Shown piece after piece: positions 51,462 through 64,000 of a DNA stretch of 64,000 nt. The stretch's first letter is position 1, and each line of letters opens with the position of its first letter. The position numbers and the translations under genes were made by a program. Source of the stretch: the human T2T-CHM13v2.0 reference genome, Homo sapiens. The notes under the pieces were generated by a model, which was not told where the DNA came from, made no database searches, and saw nothing but the letters and a program-made list of their open reading frames with translations. The stretch lies in NCBI RefSeq assembly GCF_009914755.1, contig NC_060944.1; one strand, given 5' to 3'.

Positions 51462-53099
51462 CTATGTCTGCCCCTTGGGTCACACTTGTTCACCCTTTGT
51501 TGTGAAACTCAGCAGGGGTGTTGGGATCTCCCCTCTCTGGAGATTCTTTTGCCCTCCTCTGTATTTGATCTCCTGTTTCCTGTGGCCCATCTTTACCTTG
51601 TTATAGGTTTATTCCCTTGTTCTTAATGACTTCCTGAGAAAAGCTGCATGGGAAGTAAAATTTGAGACCAACATACTGAAAAGACCCTCATTAAGTGAGG
51701 TTGAACCTGGAATTCCATACACAGCCACATTGTCTAGGTGAGACCTCTGTTGAGGACCACTGCACTTCCTTTAGGTTTTTTCTTTGAATCTAGTCAGAGT
51801 CCCTGGGGAATAATCTTCTGGGCTCAGGATGCTGGTTGCCAAGTTGGGGAAGAGGGACCTTAGCATTCAGCTTGTCAGGTACTCACACCTCAGCCCTCCA
51901 GCTGGATCCCCTGTTAGTTCTCTAGAGATCAGACCTCCTGGCTTCTGGGGGAGGGCAGCCACCCAGCAACAGGGAGTGGAAGGATCTGGGGATCATACTG
52001 CTTTCCACATGGTGTTTGCCTGCTCCTTATTTTATTGTCCCATTTGGTCCCAGTTCCAGAGGAATCTGCTGGCTGCTGCCTGGATTTTAGCGGGTTCTGT
52101 AGTATAGATTGGGTTAGTTCTCATTTAGCTTACCCAAAGCCACTTTGGGATTTTGGTGTTAAATCAGTTACTATTTGTCCATCTGTTTACCAGTTACTGT
52201 TCTAATTAAGTCAGCTTCTATAGTTTTAGTGGGATTTTGGGAAGTAGTAAAGCTTTATATGCTTGTGTTTTAACCCAGTCTTAACTTGGAATTTTAGTAT
52301 AAATTTTAATGTATTTACACAGGGAGTGGCTGTAAATGCATTTATTCAATCCATACTCTTGTTTTATATTTATTCTTTGAATGTATTCGTAGCTATAAGT
52401 TTCTCAATAAGTGCTGCTTTAGCTGTGATTCTTGACTTTTGAAATGATGTGATTTTATTTCCAATCAGTACTTGGCATTTTGTTATTTTTCTCATTATTT
52501 CCTCTTTAATCCAAAGGTTATTTAGTTGTTTTTTGGTTTTCAGATATATGAGAATTTTAAGCTATGTTTTGGTAATTGATGTGATTTCTAATGTTGTATT
52601 ATGATCAGAGAAAATAGTTTATGTGATGTTCATTCTGTACCATAAAGAAAGTTATAAATTCTATTTTTATTCTTTTTATAGGTCCTAACTTAAGATACAT
52701 TTATTTTTCCTTATTCTTTTTTTAATATCATGTGGTTGTCCCCCCAAACAAAAAAGTACATTTTCATGCACTTATCTCTTTTTTTCTTTTGTATTGCTTA
52801 TTTAAATGACATAAATCTTTACTAAATTATTCACTCGTCCTATTGTTTCTTTCTAGATTAATTTCTTGCTGGACTGCTTTCTCTAACAGTTCTTTAAAAA
52901 TATGGGCTTTTTGAGGTTAATTTTGAAAACTTATACGACTAAGAATATCTTCATTTCACTTTTTCATTTAAATGATAGCAGTCATATAAAATTGTTATTT
53001 TAGTTTTTTCCATTGATATTTTGAAATTATGACTTCATTATCATCTTACATACAGTGTCACTCCTGAGAACCCCGGTACTGATAAGAAATAGAAATTTT

Positions 53100-53393
53100 T
53101 GACTGGGCTCAGTGGCTCATGCCTGTAATCCCAGCACTTTGGGAGGTCGAGGCAGGCAGATCACTTGAGGCCAGGAATTTGAGACCAGCCTGGACAATAT
53201 GGTGAAACCCCGTCTCTACTAAAAATAAAAAAATTAGCCAGGCCTGGTGGCGCATGCCTATAATCCCAGCTGCTTGGGAGGCTGAGGCTTGAGAATCACT
53301 TGAACCAGAGAGGCAGAGGTTACAGTGAGCTGAGATCATGCCACTGCACTCCAGCGTGGGTGATTGGGTGAGACTCTCTCTCAAAAAAAAAAA
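53100..53393 (+). mobile_element. AluS
   Basis: Alu dimer with poly-A. Confidence 0.92.
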
Positions 53394-53649
53394 ATTTTTT
53401 TTGTTTCTTATCAATTAAGTGGCCTCCTTGTTTTATTCTCCCATCTCCTAAAACTTTCAGAATTTTCTCTTTGTTTTTTATCTTTAATTAGTGCATGTTA
53501 AGTGTCTTTTATTTTCTCTTTTTAAAGCTTTGTTTTCTTTTTTCTATTATTTTATTTTCCAGCACATCCAAAACACAGAAATTGTGTTTGTTCTCATTTG
53601 TCTTACTTGACAACTCTGTTCTTTTGGTCAGAGGTATTTTATATGCTTC

Positions 53650-58340
<4,691 letters not shown>

Positions 58341-58669
58341 GCCTGCCAGAGTGGAAATCAGAAGTCCTTGGATATGCTGCTGTGATCTAGGAAATTCCCC
58401 ATTATTGCTTCTTTAAATATGTTCCTCCTTTATCTTTTCCTCTTCTGCACTCTGAATATGGATGTTAACACCATTACTTCTTTTTTTTTTTTTGTCTTTT
58501 CTTTTGCTTTTTAAACAAAATCCTTAACCAGTCCCTGACATCATTTGTTGAGTGCTTTATTTCAGTGATCATGTGTTTAATATCTGGTAATGAATAAGAG
58601 ATGCTTCATAATTACTCATTCCTGCTTCCAGGCTCCTCCATTACCTTGGAGGCTATTTCTTATGCTTTT

Positions 58670-59425
58670 TCTTCCTTAACAGCTTTATTAACATACAGTT
58701 CATATACCTTACAATTCACCTATTTAAAGTGTACAGTTGACGGGTTCCTAATATATTCACAAAGTTGAACCATAATCAATTTTAGAACATTTTGTTAACC
58801 CACAAAGAATCCCTGAACCCTTTAGCTGTTACTACCCAAAACTCCCTATTCCTACTGCCCATGAATTGACTTTCTGCCTCTGTAGATTTATGTACTCTGG
58901 ACATTTCACATAAATGGAGTCATATAATATGTGGCCTTTGGTGAACACTTTCTTTCACTTAGCATAATGTTTTCAAGATTCATCCATATTGTAACATATA
59001 TTAGTATTCCTAAATATGGCTTAATATTCCATTGTATGGATAGACCACATTTGGTTTATCCATTCATCAGTTGATGGACTTTTGGGTTGTTTCTACCTTT
59101 TGACTATGAACATAAATACTGCTTTGAACATATGTATACAAGTTTTTGTGTGGACACACATTTTTATTTCTCTGAGTGTAGATCTAGGAGTGGAATTGCT
59201 TTGTCAAATGTAACTCTGTGTTTAACTTTTTGAAGGATTGCTAGACTGTCTTCCAAAGTGGCTGTGCCGTTTTACATTCCCACCAAGCAGGGTATGAAGA
59301 TTCTGATTTCTCCACACATCCTTGCCATATTGTTGTTGTCTGTCTTTTTTATTATAGCCATCCTACTGAGTATGAAGTGTAGTATCTCATTGCAGTTTTG
59401 ATTTGCATTTCTTTGATGACTATTA
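58670..59425 (-). mobile_element. L1M 3' end
   Basis: Reverse L1 3' region (ttatccattcatcagttgatggac...ctaggagtggaattgct). Confidence 0.8.
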
Positions 59426-59511
59426 TACTTTAAAATTCTTGTCTGTTTGGTAAATTAAGTGTGCCTTTTCCTGTAATAGCTTGTTTAGTTTGTTATCCTT
59501 TTGTTTTCTTG

Positions 59512-59951
<440 letters not shown>

Positions 59952-60591
59952 TGACCCTGTCAGCAAGTTTAGCAAAATGGGAGGTTCTGGGCAAAACCAT
60001 TTCTCCTCCTCTCTTTTTCCCACAATCAGCCACCCTCTTCTCTCAGGGAACCTCCCAGGACCTCTCGCCCAGGTGCTGCTTTTAATCTCCCTCTGGTGTT
60101 GCTTCCTAGGACTGTGGGATGCTCAGGGGCTGCCCAGAGTGGTATCCACCCTCACCCAGGAAGGCTCTAGTGCTGCTCTGGCGTTACCTTCCAGCCAATA
60201 CGTGGCTGGCAAAGTTGATTGGCAGCGATCTACCTCTCCCAGAGAAGTGCTCGGGGGAGGAGATGGCTTAACCAAGCAGCCCCTGACCCATCTGTGGGGC
60301 AGAGCCTTTTTCTGCCCTCTCTACTCTGCTGCCTCACTCGTACCCAGCCACCTGTCGCCTCCCCGGGCTTTCTCCCAGCCTTGTGTTTTGCCTTCCCTCT
60401 CATGTCTGTAGCATCTCTCAGATGGGCTTGGAAAGGGACCAAGCAGCCCTCCTAGCTCTCCATTGTGTTTAGAATTAGAAGTATAAAGAAACTCATTTAA
60501 CATTTTTTCTCACTTATTTGACCTTGGGATGCTTTTTTTTCCCACACTTTACCATTCAGCAAATGCAAGTCAAGTACATAACATACACCGA

Positions 60592-61186
<595 letters not shown>

Positions 61187-61298
61187 CTATTCTAGCAGGG
61201 GATCTGCTGTGAACTAAGACAGAGTAGGTCCCTGTCCTTAGGCAGGGGGCATCCTTGAGCAGGGAGCTGACATTAACTAGCTCACCAGGCAAATAAGA

Positions 61299-61360
61299 TT
61301 ACATCATGCAGAGTGAACGCGGGGACAGTGATGTTACATCATGCAGAGTGAACGTGGGGA
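61299..61360. repeat. Tandem duplication: 27-bp unit, 35-bp period
   Basis: TTACATCATGCAGAGTGAACG(C/T)GGGGA at 61299-61325 and 61334-61360. Confidence 0.9.
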
Positions 61361-61364
61361 GGAG

Positions 61365-61800
61365 TAGCGGGCAGGAGCACTGCTCTATGGGGGTTCAGGA
61401 CGGCCTCTCTGAGGAGGCAGCACTTGAACTAAGTCCACAAGGAGGAGCCAGGGTGATGAAGGGTCAGGGTGGAAGGCCCAGGCGCAGGCCCTGAAGCAGG
61501 AGTTGGGTTGGTGTATGTGGCTGGAACCTAGTGATGGCAGAGGGAACGGGTTGGTGGCTAATGAGGCTACTGGGGTGACAGGGGCCAGATCCTGCAGGAT
61601 CCTACAGGTCATAAGTAAGGAGTTTGAACTGCATTCTGAACATATGGTAGGAAGCCATGTCAGAGTTTTGATCAAGGGAAGTGAATTTATGTTTTTAGAA
61701 GACTCTGGCTTCTGTGTCGAGAGTGGATAGTATGGGTGTGAGAGTGGGAGCAGAGAGACCAATGGGAGGCAGTTGATCCAGGCAGCATTGGGAGTGGTTT
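61365..61800. mobile_element. L2-like remnant
   Basis: ggccagatc...ggtcataagtaaggagtttgaact...gggagcagagagacca pattern typical of L2. Confidence 0.6.
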
Positions 61801-61919
61801 ACACTAGAGTGGGAAGAAGTTAGGGAGCTGTATAACTTTGATGGAGCTTCCCAGAACTTACCTTGAGGCATTAACCAGATAATGAGAGTATTCTGTGCAG
61901 TAAGTAGTTCAGTGCCTGG

Positions 61920-62390
61920 TGTTACAGTTATCTGTTGCTGCATTATAAACCACTCCAAAACTTAGTGGCTTTTGATCCCTGTATCTTTTTTCTGATTCTG
62001 TGGATTGACTGGGCACTGTTGGGTTCTTTACTTAGTGGGCTGAAGGCTGGGTTCACTCATGTGCTGCATTAACCTGAGAGCTAGTTTGGGATTGGAATGA
62101 CCAGGAGAGCCTCTCTTCCTCCAGAGTCCATCTCCCTGTGGCCTCTAGTTATTAACTGGTCTAGCTGGACTCCAAGAGGGAGAAAGTGGAAGCAAGCCAC
62201 CAGTTGTCTTAAGACCTAGACTCAAAAGTCCCAGAAAGTTATTTCTGCTACTTTCTGATTGGTCAGAGCTATTCACAAGGTCCACCCAGCTTCAGTGGGT
62301 GGGGAAATTTATCCTGCCTTTTGATACGAGGAGCCGCTTAGTAGGGATGGAGGAATTGTTAGTGGCTGTATTTAGAAATTACATACCACA
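61920..62390 (-). mobile_element. Old MLT1-type LTR
   Basis: agttatctgttgctgc...ccaaaacttagtggctt; diverged. Confidence 0.55.
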
Positions 62391-62852
62391 CTTTTCAGTT
62401 TTACCTTGAAACTGACTTTAAGCCTTGGAAGAATTCAAAGTTGGCCTTTGAAAATTTTGGTGTCCAGTTTGGGAAGGTATGAAAGCAAATTATAATGGAA
62501 GGAATCTTGCTCTTTCCTTTTAACAAAGTTATTTTCTAGGTTAAGAGCAAACTGATTCTACAAAAACAAGTTTTTAAACATCATCCAACCCTTCGCAAAC
62601 AACTTTATAAATGTGCCTTTTAATCTTCCATCTGATTTCTTTGCTATAAAGCCCTAATTGTACATGTTCTGTTAGTACATGACTGAGAGCCCTGGAGCGG
62701 CAGTCATTGAAGAACAACATATTTCCAGTCCAGCTCTTGGGGTTTGAAATGAAACACATAAAATCTACCAAGTCTGTTAGGATACCTTCCTAGGGAACAG
62801 AGGCCTCTTCCTCATTGAACCCCTGATAAGACCTCTCTGCTACTGAGATTTA

Positions 62853-62988
<136 letters not shown>

Positions 62989-64000
62989 GTGACTTGGGTG
63001 CTATTGAAAGCATTCCATTTTAAAAGGGAAACAGAACATAAAAGTTCAGAAAAGTTGCAGCCTGACAATGCAGTAGACAAAAAAAACCTATTTTTTGAGG
63101 AGAAAGTCAAGCTGGCTGCAGAAATTTACATAAGTAACAAGGAGCCGAATGTTAATCCCCAAGACAATCTCCATGGCATTCCACGGGAATCCACGGGAGT
63201 GATATTCTACATCACTCCCATTTTTGTCAAATTTATTCACTGGAAAAGAGATTGTATTAGTTTGTTTTCATGCTGCTGATAAAGACATACCTGAGATTGG
63301 GAAGAAAAAGAGGTTTAATTGGACTTAGAGTCCCACCTGGCTAGGGAGACCTCAGAATCATGGTGGGAGGCAAAAGCCACTCTTACATGGTGGTGGCAAG
63401 AGAAAAATGAGAAAGATGCAAAAGTGGAAACCCCTGATAAAACCATCAGATCTCGTGAGACTTATTCACTACCATGAGAACAGTATGGTGGAAACCGCCC
63501 CCGTGATTCAAATTATCTCCCACTGGGTCTCTCCCACACCATGTGGGAATTATGGGAATACAATTCAAGATGAGATTTGAGTGGAGACACAGAGCCAAAC
63601 CATATCATTCCACCCTGGCCTCTCCAAATCTCATGCCCTCACACTAAAAAACCAATCATGCCTTCCCAACAGTCCCCCAAAGTCTTAACTCATTTCAGCA
63701 TTAACCCGAAAGTCCATAGTCCCAAGTCTCATCTGAGACAAGGCAAGTCCCTTCCATCTGTGAGCCTGTAAAATCAAAAGCAAGCTAGTTACTTCCTAGA
63801 TACAGTGAGGGTACAGGTATTGGGTAAATACAGCAGTTCTACATGGGAGAAATAGGCCAAAACAAAGGGGTTACAGGGCCCATGCAAGCTTGAATTCCAG
63901 CAGGGCAAATTCTAAATGATCTAAAATGATCTCCTTTGACTCCTTATCTTACATCCAGGTCACACTGATGCAAAAGGTAGGTTCTCAGAGTCTTAGGCAG
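62989..64000. mobile_element. THE1/MST MaLR: internal fragment (+, 62989-63177), LTR (-, ~63253-63607), internal sequence (-, to window end)
   Basis: tgtattagtttg...aaaccatatca LTR followed by ttccaccctggcc internal junction. Confidence 0.8.

Overview
Primate, almost certainly human, genomic DNA. From the translated exons I recognise the PET117/KAT14 (CSRP2BP, ATAC2) locus on chr20p11. Bases 1-22 kb are intergenic and consist of nested L1, Alu, MaLR and Tigger debris, including a 5'-inverted L1PA. A CpG-island promoter at ~22.2-23.3 kb drives a + strand unit. Its first two exons encode the complete 81-aa mitochondrial complex IV assembly factor PET117 (22826-22921 + 27066-27215). The same exon 2 carries the KAT14 start codon 302 nt further on (27518). 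Six KAT14 coding exons (557 codons) lie in the window; the GNAT-domain exons are beyond the right edge. The bicistronic layout is, as far as I recall, already known. The most interesting signal is the apparent control system around the intercistronic region: two AATAAA signals each sitting in a predicted hairpin, an ATGA stop/start overlap with a chain of micro-ORFs, and a weak donor competing with intronic poly(A) signals. Other items worth checking: a NAGNAG acceptor whose branch region is supplied by a DNA transposon, an LTR10-like solo LTR with a p53-type site, an Alu split by a captured block of older DNA, and a PCL/ASH2L-like PHD-winged-helix pattern in KAT14. Repeat subfamily names come from recalled consensus sequences, not from a search.
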